DNA from: Guillardia theta CCMP2712
Lineage: Eukaryota > Protista > Cryptophyta
Assembly (NCBI RefSeq): GCF_000315625.1
Contig: NW_005434617.1
Coordinates: forward strand, 35,134 to 99,133
Direction of reading: 5' to 3'
Length of the DNA: 64,000 nt
Part shown: piece by piece, positions 11,078-20,435 of the stretch
How the letters are laid out: every line of letters starts with the position of its first letter
Numbering within the stretch: position 1 is the first letter of the stretch
Program-made: the position numbers and the translations under genes
Notes under the pieces: model-generated
Databases searched by the model: none
The model's input: only the letters and a program-made list of their open reading frames with translations
Told to the model about the DNA's origin: nothing

Positions 11078-13152
11078 TCAGGGGCGACGTAGGTGATTCG
11101 GTCTTTCAGGAAACACATTGAAACAAGTGAGTATATTCAGTGCAGCATTCAAGTCCCTGGATTTGATCGGCTTTCCTTTACAGCTGTCACGATAACAGTT
11201 AGATGAAAAGGTGAATTACAGGAGTATACAAAACTTGACATTACCTCGATGATCTGCAAAATTTCAATCCTCGTACTTCACTTTTCCTTGTTTTCAACCT
11301 ACAGGTCTCGTCTGGTTCTTTCCCTGTATTTTCAATCCGTCGAAGCACATCGAGCTCAGAACCACAATCGTTACAGCACTTGGTAGTACGGTATTCGTCA
11401 ACATCTACGACTCTGTAGTGATTCTCGAATCTTCTTCTTATCCACCTGACCGGTACAGGCCTTTCTCCTCGACGTCCTGTAGACGGGAACCTTGCATTTC
11501 CATATGCGATAACAGGTTCTATTTCTCCCTTTCCTTTCATTGTACGGATAAACCTGTCGACTGACTTTCGTTTCGAAATGTAGATGTCGAATTTCATCCT
11601 GGCGTATTTTCGCTTTGAATAATGCGAAGTTAACTCCTCCCAATGACTTGTAACTGCAAGAAGATAGTCTTCGAATCTTGATAGACTGCCGCCAGACTTA
11701 CTCGAGAACCCCTTGAGATAGTGCAATGTCGATTGAATATCTTGATCCCACGTCTTTCTTTTCTTTTTATTGCGATTCAGATGTGACTCGTGATAATATT
11801 GTTTTCTCGAAAACTGAAATCTTTTTCTGATTATTTGTTGATCATCTCTGAATTGTTCGACGGCCGATATAATGACGCTCCTCCCAGGGTCGATCGCAAT
11901 TACCCTTGGGCAATTTTTACATTCTTCGATCTCTCTTTGGTATTCTGAATTTTCATGTAATACTTTGTATGATATTGATATCTTCTTCGCCGATTTCCGT
12001 TCAGCCCTTTTTCTATCGGCAAGCCATTTGGTAGTGCGCAATGAAGGTTCCTGTTCGAGTCATGGCATCGATTGTTTTGACAATTAACGTGAAGCGAAAA
12101 CAAACCGATACACCGTCTGTCGTGATACTTGTAATCTCCTCTCTCTGATCTCTGAACAGATTCGAACAGTCGAAAATCCTTCTGAAATTCTTAGAGTTCT
12201 CCAAAGTTTGATCTATTCTCATGAACGATTTTTTATCTTCTCCCGGTTTCAAACTGTTCGCTTCTTTCAAAATGTAATACATCACATCATTATCGATTGT
12301 TAGATGTTTTCTGCCGAATTTCGACATTGGTGCTGCCTTGAATGTTTTTTTCGAGAGACCACGATCTTCGAAGAACTTCAACATGAACATGTGTGTCTCG
12401 ATTATCTCAAACAGATTTATCTGCAACCTATGATCAAATTTGTCATATTTGAAACTAAAAAGATCTTCGTCCCCCGATAATCCAATTAGTTGTTTCATAT
12501 GGTCGATGAAGGTTCCTATCTGCTGTGAATTATTCCTGTTAAACACTTCTGTCTTCAACTCGTAATCTTTCCTTTGAAACAATACATTCTTCACGTCTCA
12601 GCGATTTCTTGCTGATGGTTAATATGTAACTCTCCTTTGCAGAATTCGGCAATGAACTTTTCCAATCGGTTTGTAAAATTTGCTTTCAGGTCTTGGTAGA
12701 AATTCGTTCCATATTGATTTGCAGCGAATACAATAGCTTGCGAGTCTCCTCGAATTCTACATAAATCAACGAAAAGATGTCTTTTCTCTGACCAGAAATG
12801 TTGTAGAGTTGGATACTTGTTATCTGTACGGCTATGTTGTTCCATTCCAAGTGTAAAAACATTCCAGAAAAAGGTCGATTTGGCTCTCTTGATTTCATCC
12901 ACTACATATCGTAAATTCCCTGTATCCCTGCCACCCCATATCAGAAAACAGTTGAATATCATACTGCCTCTTGATGTGATCTGACTGATATGTAATACCC
13001 ATCTGTCGATCACGTCTAAAATCGATCTGTTCTCTACCTTGAGTCTCGAGTATAACCCACCGTGATTTGACGACTCTCGTGAATGGTTTTGAATAACTTA
13101 TTTCTTGACCGTTGTCTGAATCATCTGTAATTCGTTTTCTCTTCCTCGGCAT
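11078..13152 (-). pseudogene. Fanzor1 RNA-guided endonuclease (TnpB/Cas12 superfamily), ~660-670 aa reconstructed, apparently frameshifted
   Basis: N-terminal NLS-like MPRKRKR; ITTDGVSVCF; RuvC-I VIAIDPG; AYGNARF; RuvC-II VDEYRTTKCCNDC; RGLKFC. After a GT-AG intron (11244-11184) comes SCKGKPIKSRDLNAALNIL...RPNHLRRP* (RuvC-III). Frame breaks near 13056, 12594 and ~12050-12090. Confidence 0.9.
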
Positions 13153-13379
13153 GTTATAGTATGTTAGTCTGGCGAAACCATGTTAGATAGCAGGTAGTCG
13201 CTACATTTTTTTCATTACCATCGTTTCAGTGTATTGTCGGACCGCAAACTCTGTAATGGCGGGAAGATGAAACGAGCAGCCACAAACTTTCCGTCGGACT
13301 CCGGGAAGGCGGGAAGATTTTTTTTTCTTTTTTAAGACCCTCATACAGCCCCATTGGATGGGTGTATCAATGACCCCTG

Positions 13380-14500
13380 TCATGCTGGTCCAGGACTCCT
13401 TCGGGAGTCCTTTTGTCGATTAAAGGTTAAGTCAGCGGCCCGCGCCCGGCGGCGGCGGCCGGGCACTGCCACGGTGATCGGACCCGGGCGGCCGGGCAGC
13501 GGTACTGAAGTTGCCAAGTTGACACTCAGACGTTGCGCCGCGGGGTCCGCGGCCGCCGATGCTCCGGGCGGTGTGCCAGGACGGTCGGACTGTGCAGTGC
13601 CGGCGCCGCGCGCGGCCCCGGGGGGCCGGGCCGCCGGGCGCCGCGCCGGCGGCGCGGGGCCGCAGTCCGAGCGTGACGGCCAGGGGCCGCCGCTGAGTGA
13701 AGCTCCGAGCCCGACCCGGTCAGTGGCGGACGCACTGAGTCTTTTCACTCAAACGGTTACTAGTTATGTACTTGAAAATCAGTACCGTACCGTACGAGGG
13801 CGCCTCCGTACCGTACTGATTTTTAACTTCACTTTGAGTAACTTAGAGTACCGTACCGTACCGTCACTGCCGCAGTGCCGCCGGCGTGATCGCCGGATCA
13901 TAGCAGGAGAGCCTGAGAGTCCCGGAGGCCTGCTGACTCGGGTGGCCCGGCGGCCAGTTGCCTCGGACAGTGGCCCACTGGCAGGCTGGGCCGCGCCCGG
14001 CCTGGCACTGTTTCCGAGTCCGGCGAGGCCGCCGCGACCGTCTGCAGTGAGCCTGGCAGCAGCCTGAGCCTCAGGCTGCTGCCAGCCGGCGGCTGTCACG
14101 CCGCGCGGTACGGTCACGGATCGGACCGGCCCGGTACGGTACTATATGCGCCGGGGCGCGCCCACCAGTGCCGGCCCACCGTGACGGTGCCTGCCGGCGC
14201 CGCCGCCAGCAGGGCCACCGGCCCGCCGGGCCGCCGGGCCACCGCCGGGGCGGCCGGGCGGAACTTGTTGAACAGGCTGATCCTGCCGACTGCTGTCCCC
14301 TCGTTGAAACTTAACTGATACCTTCACTCACCCCCGGCCCGGCGCCGCTGCGAGCTGAGTCACGGACTCCGGCCGGGCGGCTCCCGGTCCCGAGTCACCG
14401 GGCCGTCCGATCACAGGCTCAGCGAGCTGGCCCAGGCAGTGGGCCGCGGCCACCGTGACTGGCAGGCCGGGGACCGTCTCCGGGATATGTGTAACGGTGT
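13380..14500. other. GC-rich palindrome-dense intergenic island upstream of kinesin
   Basis: Very high GC with CCGG, GGCC, GAGTC and CCGTACCGTAC words and AT-rich insets. The ORFs here are spurious. Confidence 0.55.
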
Positions 14501-14527
14501 AACGGAGACCGTTGGGGTCAGTTGGAA

Positions 14528-17229
14528 ATGTCGGCTGCGAAGGCGCGGGTGAAGGTGGTGGTGCGATGCCGGCCGCGAGCAGGAGGAGGAGAGGAGGGAG
14601 ACGAGGGAGTCGTGAAGGTGATGGAAGAGCAGCAGGGACTGATCTCCATCCGAGCTGGAGGAGAGGAAGACGCCACAGAGCGAGAGTTTCTGTTCGATGA
14701 CGTCCTTGGTGAGAGGGTGGGGCAAGAGGAGGCGTTCGAGCGGAGCAGCAAGGCCATGGTTGACCATGTCCTGGAAGGCTTCAACGCTTGTCTCTTTGCC
14801 TACGGCCAGACTGGTTCGGGCAAGACCTATACCATCTTCGGGGAGGAGGGCAAGCCGGGGGTGGCAGTGCAGGCAGTGAAGCTGCTGTTCAGCAACATAG
14901 AGAAGAAGGCAGGGAAGCAGAAGACGCTGGTCTACGTCTCCTTCCTCGAGCTCTACCTCGACAAGATAAGAGATCTCGTCCAGATCAGCTCGGCGGACGG
15001 CGAGGTCAAAGTGGAAGGCAACCAAGGCAGCAGGCCCAACTCCCGCCCGGGAACGGCGTCGAGTCGTCGGAGCGACAAGCAGGGGGAGGGCCCAGTGGAC
15101 CTGGAGATCCGAGAGAACAAGAACGGTGGAGTCTACGTGCAAGACTTGCGGAGTGTGCTGGTGCACAACGTGGAGGATGTGCTGGCGTTGGTCAAGAACG
15201 GGCTGAACCACCGGCAGACCTACCAGACCTTGATGAACGAGCACTCGTCTCGCTCGCACACCATCCTCACGCTCACGGTTGTCTCCGAGAGCGGCCGAGG
15301 AGACGGAGAGACGATCAGCGGGAAGCTCAACCTGGTCGACTTGGCAGGCTGCGAGAGGCTGAAGAGGAGCGGAGCGGGCGACGAGAGCAGCGGCATCGAG
15401 GACGCCGGGCTGCGAGCCAAGGAGGCGGTGATCATCAACAAGAGCTTGAGCACGCTGGGAACGGTCGTGATGGCGCTGGCAAAGGGGGACGCGACTTACG
15501 TGCCGTACCGAGACTCGAAGCTGACGCGCCTGCTGCAAGACAGCCTCGGAGGCAACTCGTTCACTACTTTGATCGCCACCATCCACCCCCGAGCCGTCGA
15601 CGCCGAGGAGTCTCTCAACACGTTGCAGTTCGCCAACCGCTGCAAGAACGTGATCACGCAGCCTCACATCAACTACCTCGACGCCGACCCCGAGGGACAA
15701 GCGAGGATCATCGAGAAGCTGATGCGGGAGATCGCCGAGCTCAAAGACGAGCTTGCAGCACAGAAGGAGCACTACGAAGAGAAGCTGCAGCAGAGGGCAA
15801 GCATGGTGGGAAGCAGCATCGAGACGGCTGCGTCCGAGGTGGAGGACGGGAAGCATGTTGCAGGAGGAGAGCACGAGAAGGGAGAGGGGTCGAGAGGAAC
15901 CAGCCGAGGCTCCAAGCGAGCCCATACGGCCGACAAGCACAAGCCGGCGGCTGCTGTGTCGGACAATTATGTCAGCGCTCTGGCTGAAGCTCAGGTTAGA
16001 AGAGGATGGGAGGATGGGAGGGCGCGATAATGAGATTGTGATGGCAGGCGATGAGCAAGGAGATGAAGGAGAAGTTCGTGCGCAAGAACAACGAGTTTCG
16101 CGCTGCGCAGGAGGCGAGCAGGAAGAATGAGGAGCGCCTGAAACGGGAGATTGAAGACTACAGGCAGAAGCTCTTCAGCCTGCAGGAGGAGTCGAACTCC
16201 AAGGTGCAGAGCCTTGAGATGCAGCTTGAGAGTCAGCAGGCGAAGTTCGAGGGAGAGATCGAGCAGCTCAGCCAGAACAACTCGAGGCTGATCAACGACA
16301 TGGACGCGGCCCTGCGGTCGGTACCAGAGAAGCTGAAGCTCGACTCGGAGAAGCTGCGAGGGATGGACGCGACGATCCAGCAGGCTTCAGCGAAGAAAGA
16401 CGCAGAGCTGACGGAGGCCCTGAGGAAGGCGGCAGAGAACAGCGAGAAGATGCTTGGGCTGCAGCGGGAGCAGTACGAGTACTGGCTGAACAAGAAGAAC
16501 GAGGACCTTAAGAACTTTATCACAGAGTTCGAGGAGTACAAGACAGAGAGGACGGCGCAGGTGAACTCGCTAGAGAGCCATGCGCTCTACCTCTTCGACT
16601 ACTGCAACGCCCTCGCCACCGTCATCGCCAACTTCGAGAAGGGCCTCTACCCCGTCTACGAGAAGTCCGGCATCAAGGCCGTCCAGATCCCCCAGAAAGA
16701 CAAACCGCAGCTGATGAGCCCTGAGGTGCTGCGCGACCTGTCTAAGTACCGCAAGCGAGCCGACGACTTCATCAAGGCGCACCCGACAGGCCTCAACATC
16801 TCCTTCTCGGAGAAGAACCCTACTGGCAGCGCCGGGCCAGACTTGATCGCCTCCCCGACGGGAGAGGGGGAGGAGCAGGCGAACCGCCTGCGGCTCGAGG
16901 TCTCCTCGCTCAAGGAGAAGCTCGCGGCGACGGAGAGGAAGTCAGCGCAGACGGCCGACGAGCTGCGCGCGCAGATCGAGCAGCAGGTGCTGAGCGACCT
17001 CGCTGACCACCCGACTGTGGAGTACATCAAGCAGATCGAGGACGAGCGGAACTACTACAGGGAGCAGCTCCAGGAGGAGGTGAGGAGGTGTAAAGACCTG
17101 CGGATCGCCCTCGACTCGAAGCAGCGGGTGATCGAGAAGCAAACGGGCACCCTGGAAGCCATGAAGGGCTTTACCAGAAGCAACGTCAATGGCAGTAGAC
17201 TGCCCAGCGTCGTTGGCAGGTCTCGCTAG
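14528..17229 (+). CDS. Kinesin motor protein with C-terminal coiled coil (2 exons; intron 15995-16047)
   Basis: VVVRCRP, P-loop GQTGSGKT, switch I NEHSSRSH, switch II LVDLAGCE, YVPYRDSKLTRLLQDSLGG. A 53-nt GT-AG intron joins the two ORFs in frame. Confidence 0.95.
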
Positions 17230-17239
17230 TTCTCAAGAC

Positions 17240-17340
17240 GGGAGCAGGAGCAGGAGCTGGAGCTGGAGCTGGAGCTGGAGCTGGAGCTGGAGCTGGAGCT
17301 GGAGCTGGAGCAGGAGCAGGAGCAGGAGCAGGAGGAGCAG
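17240..17340. repeat. (GGAGCT/GGAGCA)n hexamer microsatellite
   Basis: Tandem hexamers immediately after the kinesin stop codon. Confidence 0.9.
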
Positions 17341-17491
17341 GGGTGCACTTTCACAAGAGTGTTTATCACTTTAAGTTAAATCAATGCTTCGAAATGAAGT
17401 TTATCAAGGGAGTCGCTGGGAGGGGCAGCAGCGACCTAAGAGACATGTACACGAGTCGGGGGAGGAGAAGAGGGGGAGGAGGAACCACATC

Positions 17492-18622
17492 CTAGCGCCC
17501 CTGCCCCTGCAGCAGGTTGAGCTTGGGGAGGATCAGGCCGTTAGACAGGAGGTGCGGCTCATAGGGCTGGATGCCCTGCGGTACCTGGTGCTTGGCGAGC
17601 AACCCAGCCAGTGTCTGCAGTGAAAGCGGAGACGGATTGTAGCCCAAGGAGGAAGAACCGCTGAATCCGCAGGGGATCTTTACCACGCTGATGCTCGGGG
17701 GGACGGAGCTGGTGGGGGAACTCAGCGAGCTGCTACCGCTGCTGTAGAGGCTGAGCAGCTCAAGATTGATCTGGTTCTGAAGAGATAGAGGATCCCTCGC
17801 CTGCTGCGTGAGACGCGCGAGCGGGCTAGAGCACTCCGAGCCAGCAAGAGGGCTGGAGGGGTTCGAGTTGAGAACGAGGGATGCGACGGAAGGCAGCCTG
17901 ATGTGCTCCGAATCTCCTCCTGACCTGTAGCGGTCCCCGCTCGACGTTGTCCGCCGGAAGCAGTCCCTGGCACCTTGTTCGCTCCTGCACTCCTCAAGTA
18001 TCCTGCTGCTCTCTTGCACCTTGTTGCTAGGAGGGGAGACGCATGGCGACGCGCACGAACCAGGCGAGGAAACGTCATGGTTGACTGGGGAGATAACCTC
18101 CTCCTGTCCTGACAGCTTCCATGTGCTCCTGGGCCTCTTCTTCGCTCTGCCAGCGTTGGGAGCCCATACTTCGCAGAAGGAGGATACAACCTTGAGGAAC
18201 CTGTCAAGATCACAGTGCTGCATGTTCGACGGGAACTGAGCACAGAGCTCGTCGTGAGCATCTTCCAGCGCTGCCCTGTCCCCAGGATCACTAGGGTTCC
18301 TCCACCTGCGATAGCTGAACAGGTACATGCCAGCGCCCAGCGGGTCATCGAGCTTGTTGAGGGCCTTTCCTCTTCTGTCCCTTTCCCTCTCGAACCCAGC
18401 AGCCTGCAGCGCCTTGTTGAACTCGGTCTCGCTCAGCCCATCCTTCACTCCTCCTGTGTGCAAGCGCACGGCAGAAGGGCAGCACTCGCAGAGACAGGAG
18501 TAGAGAGAGAAGGGGCCGCTGCGAGCCACCATGTCGTTCAGAACCGGAGTGGAGGTAGTGATAGCCATGGCGAACTTGGGAGCGAAGTTCTTGTTCTCTC
18601 GCGATGCCGCCGGCCTTACCAT
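17492..18622 (-). CDS. Hypothetical intronless protein (globular N-terminal domain, basic NLS-like motif, Ser/Pro-rich tail)
   Basis: 376-aa ORF with coding-like composition, AKKRPR motif and a low-complexity C-terminus. Confidence 0.7.
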   Translation of the reverse strand: MVRPAASRENKNFAPKFAMAITTSTPVLNDMVARSGPFSLYSCLCECCPSAVRLHTGGVKDGLSETEFNKALQAAGFERERDRRGKALNKLDDPLGAGMYLFSYRRWRNPSDPGDRAALEDAHDELCAQFPSNMQHCDLDRFLKVVSSFCEVWAPNAGRAKKRPRSTWKLSGQEEVISPVNHDVSSPGSCASPCVSPPSNKVQESSRILEECRSEQGARDCFRRTTSSGDRYRSGGDSEHIRLPSVASLVLNSNPSSPLAGSECSSPLARLTQQARDPLSLQNQINLELLSLYSSGSSSLSSPTSSVPPSISVVKIPCGFSGSSSLGYNPSPLSLQTLAGLLAKHQVPQGIQPYEPHLLSNGLILPKLNLLQGQGR

Positions 18623-18829
18623 GTTGCCTTGCTCTTCGCTCGCGCCTCACAACAAGGAAAATCGGGTAGGTGGGGTTGTCTTTGGTTGAATGGGGGTCAT
18701 GAGCTAGCAAGACGGGTGGTCTTCAAAATTATTCCTAATATACCCGGTACTTGCAGTGAAATTGATGGGAAAAGCCAGGGTACTCGATGTGATAGCAGCG
18801 GGTCCACAACTTTCCAGCGTTCACTCCGA

Positions 18830-19440
18830 GATACGAGGGACAGGGGGTGGGGTACTGTGAGATGAGGGTAGGTGAATTGACTTTTCATAACCCCTCCTCG
18901 AGTGATAAATCAAATCGGTTTTAGGGGGTGGGGTACATGGCAGTGGCAGTTTGCAACTGATTGCATTAGGAAGGGGTGGGTAGCGAGAACACAATGAGCC
19001 CATTGGCCCCAGAGGACCCCCACCCCCTGAAATGACAGTAGAACTACCCCCTCCCATTACGTCCACCCCCTTGTATGCTTTCAACCTTTTTAAAGGCAAC
19101 ACCTCATACCCCCCCACTCCCTCCACCCTACCCACACCTCGGTATGTACTTAAAATCAAGGGGTACCAAGTATCTTTGTGAGGGGTGGTAGTCCGTGATC
19201 TATTGTAAAAATGTTAATCACAGGGGGTGGGTACTTGGACTTCCAAGGTGAGCCGCCCGATTAACTTTCATGAGTGACCCTAGTACCCCAACAAAACCTC
19301 ATATCAGTGTAGGTGGGGTGGTAAGTAGGCCAGGTACCCCGACTCAGTAGGCTTTTTGGTCCCCCTGGAAGTAGGGTCGTCATAAGGAACAGTACATTTT
19401 TTGAAGGGCACTGTGACTCGGCTAGTAGGGTGGGGTGGTC
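18830..19440 (-). promoter_or_regulatory. GGGGTA/TACCCC tract upstream of the 17492-18622 gene
   Basis: Dense GGGGTA/GGGTGGGG words with some mixed orientation, followed by a GC island at 19500-19770. Confidence 0.4.
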
Positions 19441-20435
19441 ATTATGACAATTGTCCTCGTACTGAATTTTAACTTAACATAAAGTAAAAGGCCAGTCAGT
19501 CTGACTCCGACAGGCGGCGGGCCGCTCCCCCGGCGGCCGGGTCCGATCCGAGTCGTCGGATCGGACTCGCCCGGCGCCGATGATCCGATCGGCCCGGATC
19601 GGAGTGACTCTCACTGCTCACGGGGCCCGGCGGCCAGTGACTCGATGATGAGGGTCACCCCGGGCCCGGTGACGGTGACCGGGGGCCAGCCCCGGGCCCG
19701 GGCCGACCGTCGGACGGTTCAAGTCATGCGGCCCGCCGCGGCGCCGCCCGGCCCCACGCCGCTCTCCGTGGCAATGTCTTTTCTCTTCCTGTTATACCGT
19801 ACTTTGAAACTAAAAGTTTGAGTTTGGAAGTTCGTCCGAAAGTCTGAACATCGTTGAACTGAAGTTTGAAGTTTCGAATATGAAAAGTTTAGGCGCGGGA
19901 GGCTGTGGGATGGCGGACGGGAGGAAGGGGAGGAAGCAAGCAGAGACAAGGAGCGAAGAGAGAAGGGTCGATGCTAGAGATTGAGAAGAGAAGGAAGCAA
20001 TGGTTCGAAAGCAGGGAGAGGAGGGCAAGGGAGACGGGCAAGGAGGAGGGCAAGGAGCGATAGAGAGAGTAGGGCGATGCCCCCAAAAAATGAGATAGTT
20101 AAGGGCACAGGGGGGGAGGGAGAAGTGATGAGAGAGAATGAGGAGAGGATCGGAGTGTATACAACAAAAGGATCAGGAAAATGAGGTGATAACATCTGAC
20201 AAGCATCGTAATTTGTGATGCTGTGCTGGAAGGGAGAGGCGAGGAGAGATGAATTTCTGCTTGAAGCTGTAACCATGAGAGGTTACGTCATCTGGCAGGG
20301 CCAAAAGGGCTTCTATGACGCAGACAGTAATTCAAACAGAACAATAGGACACAGGGAGCGCTGATCAAGAGAAAAGGCCGCAGATTGCAGCGATGAATGA
20401 GGATCTTTCCGTCTCTACGTGAGAATTTTGGCAGG

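Larger units (their letters stand above)
10705..13335 (-). mobile_element. Non-autonomous Fanzor1-carrying element (approximate ends)
   Basis: AT-rich island in a GC-rich background. Contains only the Fanzor gene plus a structured 3' region, with TTAA at 10705-10708 and 13332-13335. No transposase and no obvious TIRs. Confidence 0.65.

Noticed and set aside
10705-13335. piggyBac assignment based on the flanking TTAA
   Set aside because: No terminal inverted repeats, no CCC...GGG ends and no DDD transposase.
13354-14327. Ala/Arg/Pro/Gly-rich ORFs in the GC island
   Set aside because: Stop-poor by composition, overlapping on both strands, with no domain signal.
14411-15940. 509-aa minus-strand ORF
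   Set aside because: Antisense shadow of the kinesin gene caused by its high GC3 codon bias.
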